The notes: a model not told the origin generated them from the sequence alone. DNA of 52,432 nucleotides from an uncultured Oscillospiraceae bacterium (GCA_944386845.1 CALXCP010000008.1:1-52432); one strand, 5' to 3'; counted from the stretch's first letter, positions 1 through 9,514 are shown. Made by a program: numbers and translations.

Positions 1-1137
1 GTGAAGGTCGCGCCCCTGGGGGATCCGCTGGAGCTGTCGCTGCGGGGCTATGAGCTGTCGCTGCGGAAGGAGGACGCCGCCCAGATCCGCGTTAGGCCCC
101 TAAAAGCGGGGGAGAAGGCGGAGGCGGCGGTTTCCGAGCGCGCCTACCACCTGGGGGGCAGGTGCCACGGGGACTGCGGCAGCTGCGCCATGGCCTGCCC
201 GGACAAGGCCACGCTGGAGGAGATGCGCCGCTCCCATGTCCACGAGCAGGAGCAGCACCCCCGGCAGTACGACGCCGCGGAGCACGACAAGCACCAGTGG
301 AAGGTGGCCCTGGTGGGAAACCCCAACGCGGGGAAGACCACCCTCTTCCATCTGATCGCCGGTCTGTACCGGCCGGACGGCGGGACGGTCCGGGTCATGG
401 GACGAGACCCGGTGCGGGACCGCAGACAGGTCAGGCGGCAGATCGGCCTGCTGCCCCAGGGGACGGCGCTCTACCCCGACCTGTCGGCCCGGGAGAACCT
501 GCGCTTCCACGCCGCCCTGTATCTCCCGGGCGGGCGGCGGGAGGCCGAGCGGCGGATCGGGGAGATCCTGACGCTGGTGGATCTGGCCGGGCGGGCGGAT
601 GAGCCGGTGAAGAACTACTCCGGCGGCATGTGCCGGCGGCTGGGGATCGGGCGGGCGCTGCTGGGCGACCCCCGGGTCCTGCTCCTGGACGAGCCCACCC
701 TTGGGGTGGACGTACAGAGCACCCACCGGATCTATGAGTATATCCGCGCCCTGAGGGGGGACGACAAGACCATCCTGGTGGCCACCAACGTCATGGCGGA
801 GGCCGACGCGCTCTGTGACGAGGTGATCATCCTCGACCGCGGGAGGGTGGTCCGGGCGGGGCCGCCGGAGCGGCTGAAGGAGGAGCTGGGCACGGGGTCG
901 ATTCGCCTGGTCCCCAAGGGGGACGGCGGCGACGTCCGGGCGCGCATCCGGGAGCGGGTGGGGGACTTCACCGAGGACGGCGGCGCCATCGTCATCGACG
1001 CGCCCCGGGGCGAGCGGGACCTGGCGGATGTGCTGGCGCGGCTGAGCGGGGCGGTGGAGCTGGAGCGGGCCGCCCTGGTGAAGCCGAGCCTGGACGACGT
1101 GTTCCTGTGGTACACGGGCAGGAGCCTACGGGACTGA
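1..1137 (+). CDS. ABC transporter ATP-binding protein (5' end at or beyond window edge, atypical Cys/His-rich N-terminal region)
   Basis: Frame is open from base 1. Walker A LVGNPNAGKTT, ABC signature LSGGM, Walker B LLLDEPT, C-terminal ABC-2-type regulatory tail. The preceding ~100 codons carry CHGDCGSCAMACP and His-rich stretches. Confidence 0.8.
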   Translation: MKVAPLGDPLELSLRGYELSLRKEDAAQIRVRPLKAGEKAEAAVSERAYHLGGRCHGDCGSCAMACPDKATLEEMRRSHVHEQEQHPRQYDAAEHDKHQWKVALVGNPNAGKTTLFHLIAGLYRPDGGTVRVMGRDPVRDRRQVRRQIGLLPQGTALYPDLSARENLRFHAALYLPGGRREAERRIGEILTLVDLAGRADEPVKNYSGGMCRRLGIGRALLGDPRVLLLDEPTLGVDVQSTHRIYEYIRALRGDDKTILVATNVMAEADALCDEVIILDRGRVVRAGPPERLKEELGTGSIRLVPKGDGGDVRARIRERVGDFTEDGGAIVIDAPRGERDLADVLARLSGAVELERAALVKPSLDDVFLWYTGRSLRD

Positions 1138-1152
1138 AGGGGGGAGGCTGTC

Positions 1153-2232
1153 ATGCGGATCGTCTCTGTGGCAGCGAAGGAGCTCCGGTGCGTGCGGGGG
1201 GATCTCCCCTTCCACCTGGCGGCGCTGATCTCCCCGCTGCTGTTCCTGCTGGCCTTCTCCCTGATGCTCTCGTCGGGGATCCTGCTCCCCGTCCAGACCT
1301 ATCCCGGGACGGGGGACAGCGCCTTCCTGAGGCACCTGGAGGAGTTCCGGGCGCCGGACGGGACGGCGTATCTGGAGCTGAGCCCCGCGGCGGAGGACGC
1401 GCCGCCCACCGGCGCGGAGAGCGACCTCATCGTGGTCCGGCGGGAGCCCGCCGCCCAGGGGGGCGTCATCGGAGGGGAGATCGTCCACTATCTCAACGAC
1501 GTCAATGAGAACATGACGAAAAACTTTCGCAACCGCCTGAGCGGGGCCCTGGTCAGCTATGTGGAGACGCTGCGGGCGGGGGGCAACGTCACCGTGAACG
1601 AGATTACGATGTACGGGCGGGACATCCCCTGGGCGACGGCCTTCGGGGTGAGCGTGCTGGTGTTCGGGGCCATGCTCTCGGGGCTGGTGTTCGGTATGCT
1701 GTCGGCCGCCGGCGAGTGGGGGGCGGGCACCGCGGTGCTGCTGAAGCTGGCGCCGGCCGCTCCGGGGACGGTCCTGGCGGGGAAGCTCCTGGCCGGCCTG
1801 ATCAAATGCTGCCTGGCCGGCGCGGCCTTCCTCGGGATCTTTTACCTGCTGTCGGCGGCGCTGCCGGTGCGCGCGCTCCCCTTCGCGGCCGCCGCTCTCC
1901 TGACCCATGGCGTCTTCCTCTGCCTGGGGATGTGCCTGGGGCTCTGGGTGCGGTCCTCCCTGACGGCGTTCCTGCTCTCCCTGGTTTCGGCACTGGTGCT
2001 GTGGGTGGGCGGCGGAGGGTTCGGCCCCCTCTCCTATCACGGCGGCGTGGCCAACGCGGTGGGGCGGTTCGACCCCGCCACCTATGCCATCGAGCTGGTC
2101 CGGTGGTGCTACTTCGGCGGGACCGCCCGGCCGGCGGCGGGCTTCGCCGCGCTGGCCCTGGCCTTCCTGCTGGCGGCGGGGCTGGCCCTGGCCGTCTACA
2201 CCGGGTGGGCGCGCAGAGAGGGGGGCGTGTGA
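1153..2232 (+). CDS. ABC-2 family transporter permease
   Basis: ATG preceded by GGGGGAGG. Multi-TM hydrophobic protein directly after the ATPase. 4-nt ATGA overlap with the next gene. Confidence 0.7.
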   Translation: MRIVSVAAKELRCVRGDLPFHLAALISPLLFLLAFSLMLSSGILLPVQTYPGTGDSAFLRHLEEFRAPDGTAYLELSPAAEDAPPTGAESDLIVVRREPAAQGGVIGGEIVHYLNDVNENMTKNFRNRLSGALVSYVETLRAGGNVTVNEITMYGRDIPWATAFGVSVLVFGAMLSGLVFGMLSAAGEWGAGTAVLLKLAPAAPGTVLAGKLLAGLIKCCLAGAAFLGIFYLLSAALPVRALPFAAAALLTHGVFLCLGMCLGLWVRSSLTAFLLSLVSALVLWVGGGGFGPLSYHGGVANAVGRFDPATYAIELVRWCYFGGTARPAAGFAALALAFLLAAGLALAVYTGWARREGGV

Positions 2233-3359
2233 TGCGGGTGTTCGCGGCGGAGCTGAGGAAGCTGCTGCTCCGGCTCAGGGCCGATCCCAGGTCCCTGATG
2301 GCCGGCATCATCGCCCCGACGGTCATCCTGATCGTGTTCGCCATCACCTTCGGCGACTTCACGTCGCTGAAGCTGGCCTATGTCAACGAGGACCGGGGGA
2401 CACAGGGGGCGGTGCTGGAGCGCTCGATCTTCCGGCAGATCTCCCCCCTGGGGGACCGGCCCTACTTTGAAGAGATCCGGACGGACCGGGAGACGGCGCT
2501 GGAGCTCTACCGGCAGGGCCGGGTGAACGGCGTGATCCTGGTGGGGGAGCGCTTCAGCGCGGAGATAGAGGGCGGGGGCGACGCCGGGATCGACTACTGG
2601 TTCAACAACTACAACACGGACGTGGCCAAGAACCTGCGCCTGTACCTGGCGGAGGGCATCCTGGACTTTTACCGGGAGACCGACCCCGCCCTGCAGATCC
2701 GGGTGGAGGAGGTGCAGAACGTGGAGACGCAGCTGCCCTGGTTCCACATCATCGCGGTGGCGGTGTTCCTGCTGGCCTTCCTGCTGGGCGCCATGTTCGA
2801 CATGCTGTACCTGCTCTACGGGGAGAAGTCGGACGGCACCCTGTACGAGTACCGGCTGTCCCCCGGCGGGATCTGGACGTCCCTGCTGGCGCGGATGACC
2901 GTCGCCCTTTTGGCCGGGGCGGTGACGGCGGGGGTCAACGCCGTCCTGCTGTACGCCGTGACCGGGATCTCCCTGACGGCCTGCCTGCCCGGGCTCATCC
3001 CGCCCCTGCTGCTGCTGGGGATCACCTATGTGTGCTTCGCGGTGATCGTGGCGCTGCTGGTCAGCAGCTTCAGCGGCGCGGCGGTCTTTGCCATGGCGTC
3101 CGCCGTGGTGATCTGGTTCCTCTCCGGGGCCACCGCCTCCATCAAGTACGCCACGGGGGTGCTGCGGGCCATCGCGCTGGCGCTGCCCAACACCTACGGG
3201 CTGAGCCAGATCCGGGGCGCGGTCTTCCACACGGACCCGTCCGTCGGAGGCATCCTCGGGGCGGAGACGGGGTGGCTGGTCATGCTGGCCTACGCGCTGG
3301 CGGCGGCGGTGCCGGCGTTTTACCTCTACGGGAAAAAGCTCTCCCGGGCGGTGGGATAG
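2232..3359 (+). CDS. ABC-2 family transporter permease (second subunit)
   Basis: Start chosen at ATG 2232 (MRVFAAELRKLLL...) overlapping the upstream stop (ATGA). The track ORF 1716..3359 has an implausible Gly/Arg-rich N-extension. 6 TM-like segments. Confidence 0.7.
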   Translation: MRVFAAELRKLLLRLRADPRSLMAGIIAPTVILIVFAITFGDFTSLKLAYVNEDRGTQGAVLERSIFRQISPLGDRPYFEEIRTDRETALELYRQGRVNGVILVGERFSAEIEGGGDAGIDYWFNNYNTDVAKNLRLYLAEGILDFYRETDPALQIRVEEVQNVETQLPWFHIIAVAVFLLAFLLGAMFDMLYLLYGEKSDGTLYEYRLSPGGIWTSLLARMTVALLAGAVTAGVNAVLLYAVTGISLTACLPGLIPPLLLLGITYVCFAVIVALLVSSFSGAAVFAMASAVVIWFLSGATASIKYATGVLRAIALALPNTYGLSQIRGAVFHTDPSVGGILGAETGWLVMLAYALAAAVPAFYLYGKKLSRAVG

Positions 3360-3373
3360 CCGCCGGGGAACAG

Positions 3374-3420
3374 GGCGCGCCCGCGCGGCACGGGGCCGCG
3401 CGGGCGCGCTTCGGCTTTTT
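3374..3420. terminator. bidirectional rho-independent terminator
   Basis: ~15-bp GC stem GGCGCGCCCGCGCGGC/GCCGCGCGGGCGCGC followed by TTCGGCTTTTT. Lies between convergent genes. Confidence 0.6.
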
Positions 3421-3429
3421 ACGGGCGCG

Positions 3430-4173
3430 TCACCACCCGTCCCCGTGCCGGGCGGCGATCTGCTCCCAGAGGGGGGTGGTGACGAAGCTCTCGCCGGCGT
3501 CCCGGAGCATCCGGGCGAAGTCACCGGCGCTGACGGTGAGGGCGGTCCAGTCCGCCGGGAAGTGGACCCGGGCGTTGATGTCGGTCAGGCCGATCACCGC
3601 CCGGGGCTCGTCCCGCTCCAGCTCCCCGAAGGGGATGCGGAACAGGGAGGCGCAGCCGGACACCGCCGGGGCGATCGCCGTGTCGTACCGGCTGCCGTCC
3701 TTGCTGAAATGGAAGAGGTAGATCATGGCGCTGAGCTGGTCGGGGCCGCAGAACAGGGCCACCGTGTCGGCCCCGTCCCCCTCGGCGTAGGGGGACAGGC
3801 GCACCCCGTCGAAGCCCTCGGCCACCCTCTGGGGCTGGGAGAGGATCATCCGCTCGCCGCACTCCGGGTCGGCCTTGAGCCGTTCCCCGGGGCGGAAGCC
3901 CTCCCCCCGGCCGTAGGAGATGAAGTGCCCGAAGCCCCCGGGGATGTCGGGCAGCCCGTCCCGCAGGCCCAGTCCCACCAGCCCGCCCTTACAGGGGCTG
4001 TTGTGCTCGGTGAGCACCACCTCGTGTCCCTTCAGGGCGTACAGGATGGCGGACAGGGAGCAGCGGGCGGAGAACACCTCCGCCCCCCGGGTGGGCGTCT
4101 CCCCCTTCACCCGGCGGATGGAGAGCACCCGGCCCTCCAGCCCGAAGCGCCGGCAGAATTCCTGATATGTCAT
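3430..4173 (-). CDS. DUF169 domain-containing protein
   Basis: ~247 aa with the C...G..LT..N..C.GG..LGLG pattern (ARCSLSAILYALKGHEVVLTEHNSPCKGGLVGLGL) typical of DUF169. Recognised by eye only. Confidence 0.5.
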   Translation of the reverse strand: MTYQEFCRRFGLEGRVLSIRRVKGETPTRGAEVFSARCSLSAILYALKGHEVVLTEHNSPCKGGLVGLGLRDGLPDIPGGFGHFISYGRGEGFRPGERLKADPECGERMILSQPQRVAEGFDGVRLSPYAEGDGADTVALFCGPDQLSAMIYLFHFSKDGSRYDTAIAPAVSGCASLFRIPFGELERDEPRAVIGLTDINARVHFPADWTALTVSAGDFARMLRDAGESFVTTPLWEQIAARHGDGW

Positions 4174-4185
4174 GCGAAACCCTCC

Positions 4186-5373
4186 TTATCGTCTGTCCGC
4201 CCACTGCTCCGGCGGCAGGGTGGCGAAAAAGTCCTCGATCTCCCGCCGGGGGGCCCGGAGGGAGCCCTGACAGAAGTCGGGTCTGCCCCCGCCCCGGCCG
4301 TTCAGGGCGGCGTTCATGGCCTTCACCAGGGGGCGCACGTCCCCGCCGTGCCGGCCCACGGCATAGTGCCAGCCCGCCCCGTCGTCCCCGGAGAGGACGG
4401 CGCACCCCCCGCCGCACAGGTCCAGCACCCCGTCGGCCAGCCGGCGCACCCCGTCGGGGGAGAGGCCCTCCTCAAAGAGCAGCACGTCCCCCGCCCCGGC
4501 CAGCTCCCGGGCCCGGAGAGCCACCCAGGCCCGCTCCCACCGGGCGGCCTGTTCCTTGAGCCGCTGTGTCTCGCCCAGCAGCCGCTCCACCGCCCCGGAG
4601 GTGGCGGCGGGTTTGGCGGAGAGGAGGGCGGAGATCCGGTCGTTTTCCCGCTGACACCGGGACAGGTGGTCCAGCGCCCGGCCGCCGCACACCAGCTCGA
4701 TGCGCACCCCGTCCCGGAACCTCTGCCAGGACAGGAACTTCACCAGCCCGATCTGCCCGCCGGAGCGCACGTGGGTGCCGCAGCAGGCGCACAGGTCGGC
4801 CCCGGGGAACTCCACCAGCCGAACCGGCCCGTCCAGCTCCTTCTTGCTGCGGTAGGGGAGGGCGGAGAGCTCCTCCGCCGCGGGCCACAGCACCCGCACC
4901 TCCCGGTCCTCCCACAGCCAGCGGTTGGCCCGGCCCTCGATGTCCAGCAGCTGCTCCCCGGTGAGGGGGCGGTCGAAGTCGATGGTGGTGGTCTCGGCTC
5001 CGAGATGGAAGCCCACGTTGTCGCACCCGAAGGCGGCGTGGAGCAGCCCGCTGACCACATGCTCCCCCGAGTGCTGCTGCATCAGGTCGAAGCGCCGGTC
5101 CCAGTCGATCTGCCCCTCCACCGTCTCCCCGGGGGAGAGGGGGGCGTCGGTGCGGTGGACCACCGCGCCGTCCCGGAGATGGACCGCCCGGACGGCGGCG
5201 CCCCCGAGGACGCCGGTGTCACAGGGCTGCCCGCCCCCCTCGGGGTAGAAGGCGGTGCGGTCCAGCACCACGTCGAAGCCGTCCCCTGCCGGGACGCAGG
5301 ACAGCACCCGGGCGGAGAAGCGGGTGAGGAAGGGGTCGTCGTAGTAGAGCTTTTCGGTGTCCATGGGAACCAC
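4186..5373 (-). CDS. alanyl-tRNA editing protein AlaX-L type (TGS-like N-domain, SAD with HxxxH/CxxxH zinc motif, C-terminal DHHA1-like)
   Basis: Motifs HSGEHVVSGLLH and CACCGTHV match the AlaRS editing (second additional) domain. GGG-rich C-terminus like DHHA1. RBS present. Confidence 0.65.
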   Translation of the reverse strand: MVPMDTEKLYYDDPFLTRFSARVLSCVPAGDGFDVVLDRTAFYPEGGGQPCDTGVLGGAAVRAVHLRDGAVVHRTDAPLSPGETVEGQIDWDRRFDLMQQHSGEHVVSGLLHAAFGCDNVGFHLGAETTTIDFDRPLTGEQLLDIEGRANRWLWEDREVRVLWPAAEELSALPYRSKKELDGPVRLVEFPGADLCACCGTHVRSGGQIGLVKFLSWQRFRDGVRIELVCGGRALDHLSRCQRENDRISALLSAKPAATSGAVERLLGETQRLKEQAARWERAWVALRARELAGAGDVLLFEEGLSPDGVRRLADGVLDLCGGGCAVLSGDDGAGWHYAVGRHGGDVRPLVKAMNAALNGRGGGRPDFCQGSLRAPRREIEDFFATLPPEQWADRR

Positions 5374-5579
5374 CTCTAAGGTCGAAAATCGGAGAGCGGG
5401 AATGGGCCGCGAGAAATTTCGGCGTCCGGCGGAGCCGGACGCTGCGGCTCCTGTCTCGTGTCTTTCTCATTATACCCGACCGGCCGCCCCGGCGCAAGGG
5501 CGGGACCACTTCCTCTCCGGCGGAATAGGATAGTCTGCGGCGGACCGCCCGGCGGCCGCCGCGGAGAGGAGAGAGACCG

Positions 5580-5834
5580 ATGGAGGAGAGACATGTCCTG
5601 ACCGACCTGCGCCCCGGCCAGGCGGCCCGGGTGACCGCCCTGGACCCCCGGGGGGAGCTGACGGCCCGGCTGGCCGAGCTGGGCTTTCTGCCCGGGACGC
5701 GGGTGGTCTGCGTGGCCCGGGCCCCGCTGGGGGACCCCACGGCCTATCTGGTGCGGGGGGCGGTGATCGCCCTGCGGGGGCGGGACGCCGCCGGGGTGGA
5801 GACCGGTCCGGGGGAGGAGGCCGGCCGTGGCTGA
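5580..5834 (+). CDS. feoA: ferrous iron transport protein FeoA
   Basis: 84 aa FeoA-like SH3 fold sequence (LTDLRPGQAARVTAL...GFLPGTRVVCVARAPLGDP). RBS GGAGAGGAGAGAG. Overlaps feoB start. Confidence 0.8.
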   Translation: MEERHVLTDLRPGQAARVTALDPRGELTARLAELGFLPGTRVVCVARAPLGDPTAYLVRGAVIALRGRDAAGVETGPGEEAGRG

Positions 5835-7641
5835 GGCGGGGCGGCCGGTGGTGGCCCTGGTGGGCAACCCCAACGTGGGCAAGTCCACCCTCTTCAACGC
5901 CGCCACCGGCCTGCGGCAGCACACGGGGAACTGGGCGGGGGTGACGGTGTCGGCCGCCCGGGGGACCGCCCGCCGGGGCGGGCGGGAGTTCACCCTCATC
6001 GACCTGCCCGGGACCTACGCCCTGTCCGCCCGCTCCCCGGAGGAGGAGGTCACCCGGGCCTTTCTGGCGGGCGGCGGGGCGGACGTGACGGCGGTGGTGT
6101 GCGACGCCGCCTGCCTGGAGCGGGGGCTGATCCTGTTCTACCAGGTGCGGGAGCTCACCGGCCGGGCGGTGGTGTGCGTCAGCATGCTGGACGAGGCGGC
6201 CCGGCGGGGGATCTCGGTGGACCTGGAGGAGCTGTCCCGGGCCCTCGGGGCGCCGGTGATGGGTGGGGGCCGGGGGGCGGAGGAGCTGCTGGACGCGGCG
6301 GCGGAGGCGGCCCTGGGGCCGCCCCTGCCCCTGCTGCCCCCGGCGGGGGCGGCGGAGCAGGCCGCGGCGGCGGAGCGGGCGGCCCGGCGGGCGGTCCGGA
6401 CCCGGGGGGACCCGGGGGCGCCCGACCGGCGGCTGGACCGGGTGCTCACCGGGCGGTACACCGCCCTGCCCTGTCTGGCCCTTCTGCTGCTGGGGGTGCT
6501 GTGGCTGACGGCGGTGGGGGCCAACGTCCCGTCCCAGTGGCTGTCCGCCCTGTTCGCCCGGGGGGAGGCGGCCCTGTCCGCCCTGCTGGCCGCCCTGTCC
6601 GCCCCGGAGTGGCTCCGGGGGGCGCTGGCGGAGGGGGCCTTCCGGGTGCTGGGCTGGGTGGTGAGCGTCATGCTGCCCCCCATGGCCATCTTCTTCCCCC
6701 TGTTCGCCCTGCTGGAGGAGCTGGGCTACCTGCCCCGGGTGGCCTTCGTGGCCGACCGGGCCGTTCAGGGGTGCCGGGCCTGCGGCAAGCAGGCGCTGAC
6801 CATGTGCATGGGCCTGGGGTGCAACGCCGTGGGGGTGACGGGCTGCCGCATCATCGACTCCCCCCGGGAGCGGCTGCTGGCCGTCCTCACCAACAGCCTC
6901 ATGCCCTGCAACGGCCGCTTCCCCGCCATGATCGCGGTGTTCACCCTGTGCTTCGCCGGGCGGGGCGGGGCCCTGGCCGCTGCGGCGGCGGTGGCGGGGG
7001 TCATCGCCCTGGGGGCGGGGCTGACCTTCCTGCTGTGCCGGCTGCTGTCGGCCACCGTGTTGCGGGGGGTGCCCTCCGCCTTCACCCTGGAGCTGCCCCC
7101 CTACCGCCGGCCCCGGGTGGGGCAGGTGGTGGTGCGCTCGGTGCTGGACCGGACCCTCCATGTCCTGGCCCGGGCGGCGGCGGTGGCCGCCCCGGCGGGG
7201 CTGCTGCTGTGGGCCCTGGCCCACGTGGAGGCGGGGGGCGTCACCCTGCTGTCCGCCCTGGCCGGGGCGCTGGACCCCCTGGGCCGGCTGCTGGGAATGG
7301 ACGGGGCCCTGCTGGCGGCCTTCCTGCTGGGCTGGCCCGCCAACGAGATCGTGCTGCCCATCGCCCTGATGATCTACCTGTCCGGGGGCTCCCTCACCGA
7401 GTGGGACAGCCTGGCGGGGCTGGGACAGGTGCTGGCCGACAACGGCTGGACCTGGCTGACGGCGGTGTGCATGGCGGTGTTCTCTCTGGCCCACTGGCCC
7501 TGCGCCACCACCTGTCTCACCATCTATCGGGAGACGGGGCGGCTGCGCTGGACCCTGCTGGCCATGGCCCTGCCCACGGCGGCGGGGGGGCTGCTGTGCG
7601 CCGGCATCGCCGCCGCCGCCCGGCTGGCCGGGCTGGCATGA
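5827..7641 (+). CDS. feoB: ferrous iron transporter FeoB (G-domain plus membrane domain)
   Basis: VVALVGNPNVGKSTLFNAATG G1 motif, DLPGTYAL G3 motif, long polytopic C-terminal domain. Confidence 0.9.
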   Translation: MAEAGRPVVALVGNPNVGKSTLFNAATGLRQHTGNWAGVTVSAARGTARRGGREFTLIDLPGTYALSARSPEEEVTRAFLAGGGADVTAVVCDAACLERGLILFYQVRELTGRAVVCVSMLDEAARRGISVDLEELSRALGAPVMGGGRGAEELLDAAAEAALGPPLPLLPPAGAAEQAAAAERAARRAVRTRGDPGAPDRRLDRVLTGRYTALPCLALLLLGVLWLTAVGANVPSQWLSALFARGEAALSALLAALSAPEWLRGALAEGAFRVLGWVVSVMLPPMAIFFPLFALLEELGYLPRVAFVADRAVQGCRACGKQALTMCMGLGCNAVGVTGCRIIDSPRERLLAVLTNSLMPCNGRFPAMIAVFTLCFAGRGGALAAAAAVAGVIALGAGLTFLLCRLLSATVLRGVPSAFTLELPPYRRPRVGQVVVRSVLDRTLHVLARAAAVAAPAGLLLWALAHVEAGGVTLLSALAGALDPLGRLLGMDGALLAAFLLGWPANEIVLPIALMIYLSGGSLTEWDSLAGLGQVLADNGWTWLTAVCMAVFSLAHWPCATTCLTIYRETGRLRWTLLAMALPTAAGGLLCAGIAAAARLAGLA

Positions 7642-7645
7642 GGGG

Positions 7646-7674
7646 TTGCCAAACGGGCCGGGAGCGGGTATAAT
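7646..7674 (+). promoter_or_regulatory. sigma-A-type promoter TTGCCA-17-TATAAT
   Basis: Hexamers at 7646-7651 and 7669-7674 with a 17-nt spacer, upstream of the TSCPD gene. Confidence 0.55.
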
Positions 7675-7722
7675 GGGACCCGCGCGGAGAGCGCGACCAA
7701 GAAAAAGGAAGGAAACGAGACC

Positions 7723-7965
7723 ATGACATACCACTACACCCCCCGGGGGGTCTGTTCCCGGGACATCGCCGTCGACGTGGAGGACGGCACCATCCGCCGC
7801 ATCGAGTTCCGGGGCGGCTGCCACGGGAATCTCCAGGGCATCTCCCGCCTGGTGGAGGGGATGCCGGTGGAGGAGGCCATCCGCCGGCTGGAGGGCATCC
7901 GCTGCGGCGGAAAGCCCACCTCCTGCCCCGACCAGCTGGCCAAGGCGCTGCGGGAGAGCCTGTGA
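7723..7965 (+). CDS. TSCPD domain 4-Cys protein
   Basis: 80 aa with RGGCHGNLQGI and CGGKPTSCPDQ motifs. Strong RBS AAGGAAGGAAACGAGACC. Confidence 0.7.
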   Translation: MTYHYTPRGVCSRDIAVDVEDGTIRRIEFRGGCHGNLQGISRLVEGMPVEEAIRRLEGIRCGGKPTSCPDQLAKALRESL

Positions 7966-7969
7966 GCAA

Positions 7970-8018
7970 AACAGGGGGCCGCGTTCCGTCGGGAACGCGG
8001 CCCCCTGTCTGCCGTTTG
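7970..8018. terminator. bidirectional rho-independent terminator
   Basis: 17-bp perfect stem ACAGGGGGCCGCGTTCC / GGAACGCGGCCCCCTGT with loop GTCG, between convergent genes. Confidence 0.65.
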
Positions 8019-8020
8019 GT

Positions 8021-9391
8021 TCACCGCCGCCGGCGGAAGCGCCGGCCGGAGTAGTGGGAGGAGCCGGAGTACCGGCCCCGGGCGCCGTAGCGCCGGCGCC
8101 GGGAGAAGAGGGTGAAGCGGAGGATGACCGCCGCCACCAGGATGAGGACCACCGCCACCAGCAGCTTGGCCCAGGCCTGGGAGAAGAAGTTTTCCAGCTG
8201 GTCCAGCCGGTAGAGCAGCGGGTCCCGGGACACCGAGTGGGTGGCCACCAGGTCCACCGTGCCGTACTCGGTGTCGCCGTGGCGCAGGGTGACCGTGCCC
8301 AGCACCTGCCCCTCCTCCACCGGGGCGGCCACCGTGTCGGCGTAGAGGGTGACCTCCTGCCGGATCTCGGACAGGTCCAGGTCGTTGGGCAGGGTGCGCT
8401 CGATGGTGCCGGCGGGCCGGGCGGTGACGCTCTCCGCCTCCTTGGACAGGGTGACCTCCACCTCGGCCAGGGGGAGCAGCGGGTCCAGGATGGTCCGGCG
8501 GGAGAAGTCGTCGAAGCCGTGGTCCAGCAGGCGGATGGACTCGGAGAACTGGGTGAAGCCCTCGCTGCCGGTGGTGCCCGGGACGCGCTGGGCCCCCAGC
8601 ACCACCGAGATGAGGTAGACCCCGTCCCGCTCCGCCGCCGCGGCCAGGCAAAGGCCCGCCGCGTCGGTGCTCCCCGTCTTGACGCCGATGGCGTCGGGGT
8701 AGACATAGCCCATGTACCGCAGGTTGGACAGCAGACCGTTGGTGTTGAAGAAGTGCCGCTGGTCGGAGAGGTTGGTGGCGTCGATGTAGCAGTCGGCGGT
8801 GGAGACGATCTCCCGGAAGGTGTCGTGCTCCATGGCCTCTTCCACGAAGCGGCAGATGTCCCGGGCGGTGGTGTAGTGGTCGTCGTCGTGGAGCCCGTGG
8901 GGGTTGACGAAGTGGGTGCCGGTGCAGCCCAGCTCGGCCGCCCGCTGGTTCATCAGGGCCACGAAGCTCTCCACGTCCCCCGCCACCGTCTCGGCCAGGA
9001 TGTTGGCCGCCTCGTTGGCCGAGGCGATGAGCAGGCACTGCAGCAGCTGGTGGACGGTGAGCTGCTCCCCCGGCTTGATGTTCTGGGTGGAGCCGTCGGG
9101 GGACAGGCCGGCCCGGAAGGTGTCGCTGGCGGTGATGACCTGCTCCAGGGTCAGCTCCCCCCGGTCCACCGCTTCCAGCACCAGCAGGGCGGTCATCACC
9201 TTGGTGATGCTGGCGGGGTAGGCCTTCTCCTCGCCCCCCTGGTCGAAGAGGACCTCGTCGTGGTTGGCGTCCAGGAGGATGGCGTGCTCCGCGTCCACCG
9301 AGAAGGACTCGGAGGCGGCGGCGGGGAGGGCCAGCAGGCCGGCCGTGAGGACGGCGCAGAGAAGCGCCGCGAAAAAACGATATTTTTTCAT
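8021..9391 (-). CDS. D-alanyl-D-alanine carboxypeptidase (serine-type, PBP5/DacB-like) with C-terminal membrane anchor and Arg-rich tail
   Basis: Signal peptide, SITK (SxxK), SAN (SxN) motifs, C-terminal TM helix followed by RRRRYGARGRY...RRFRRRR. Confidence 0.85.
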   Translation of the reverse strand: MKKYRFFAALLCAVLTAGLLALPAAASESFSVDAEHAILLDANHDEVLFDQGGEEKAYPASITKVMTALLVLEAVDRGELTLEQVITASDTFRAGLSPDGSTQNIKPGEQLTVHQLLQCLLIASANEAANILAETVAGDVESFVALMNQRAAELGCTGTHFVNPHGLHDDDHYTTARDICRFVEEAMEHDTFREIVSTADCYIDATNLSDQRHFFNTNGLLSNLRYMGYVYPDAIGVKTGSTDAAGLCLAAAAERDGVYLISVVLGAQRVPGTTGSEGFTQFSESIRLLDHGFDDFSRRTILDPLLPLAEVEVTLSKEAESVTARPAGTIERTLPNDLDLSEIRQEVTLYADTVAAPVEEGQVLGTVTLRHGDTEYGTVDLVATHSVSRDPLLYRLDQLENFFSQAWAKLLVAVVLILVAAVILRFTLFSRRRRYGARGRYSGSSHYSGRRFRRRR

Positions 9392-9514
9392 GGAAAAAAC
9401 TCCGTATCTGTGTTATGATGTGATATGTATCGCCCGCCGGCCCGGGGGCCGGGGCGTTCCGGTCCCTTTCAGTATACCAAAGCCGGAGGAAAAACGCAAC
9501 CGTCGGAGGGGGGA

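Noticed and set aside
1126-2040. Large opposite-strand or alternative-frame ORFs (also 1716..3359 N-extension, 3445..5379, 10564..12036, 12559..13974, 20729..22327, 26556..29222, 33236..34447, 36551..38272 and similar)
   Set aside because: All overlap better-supported genes with recognisable families and RBSs on the other strand or frame. Their compositions are Arg/Gly/Pro-rich as expected from a ~70% GC third-position bias.
5374-5579. Fur box upstream of feoAB
   Set aside because: Only a weak TCATTATAC fragment was found. No convincing 19-bp Fur-box palindrome, so not reported as a feature.
5470-8706. 1078-aa ORF on the minus strand
   Set aside because: Low-complexity Gly/Pro/Arg-rich translation antisense to feoA/feoB/TSCPD, with no RBS or domain. 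A typical GC-rich antisense artefact.
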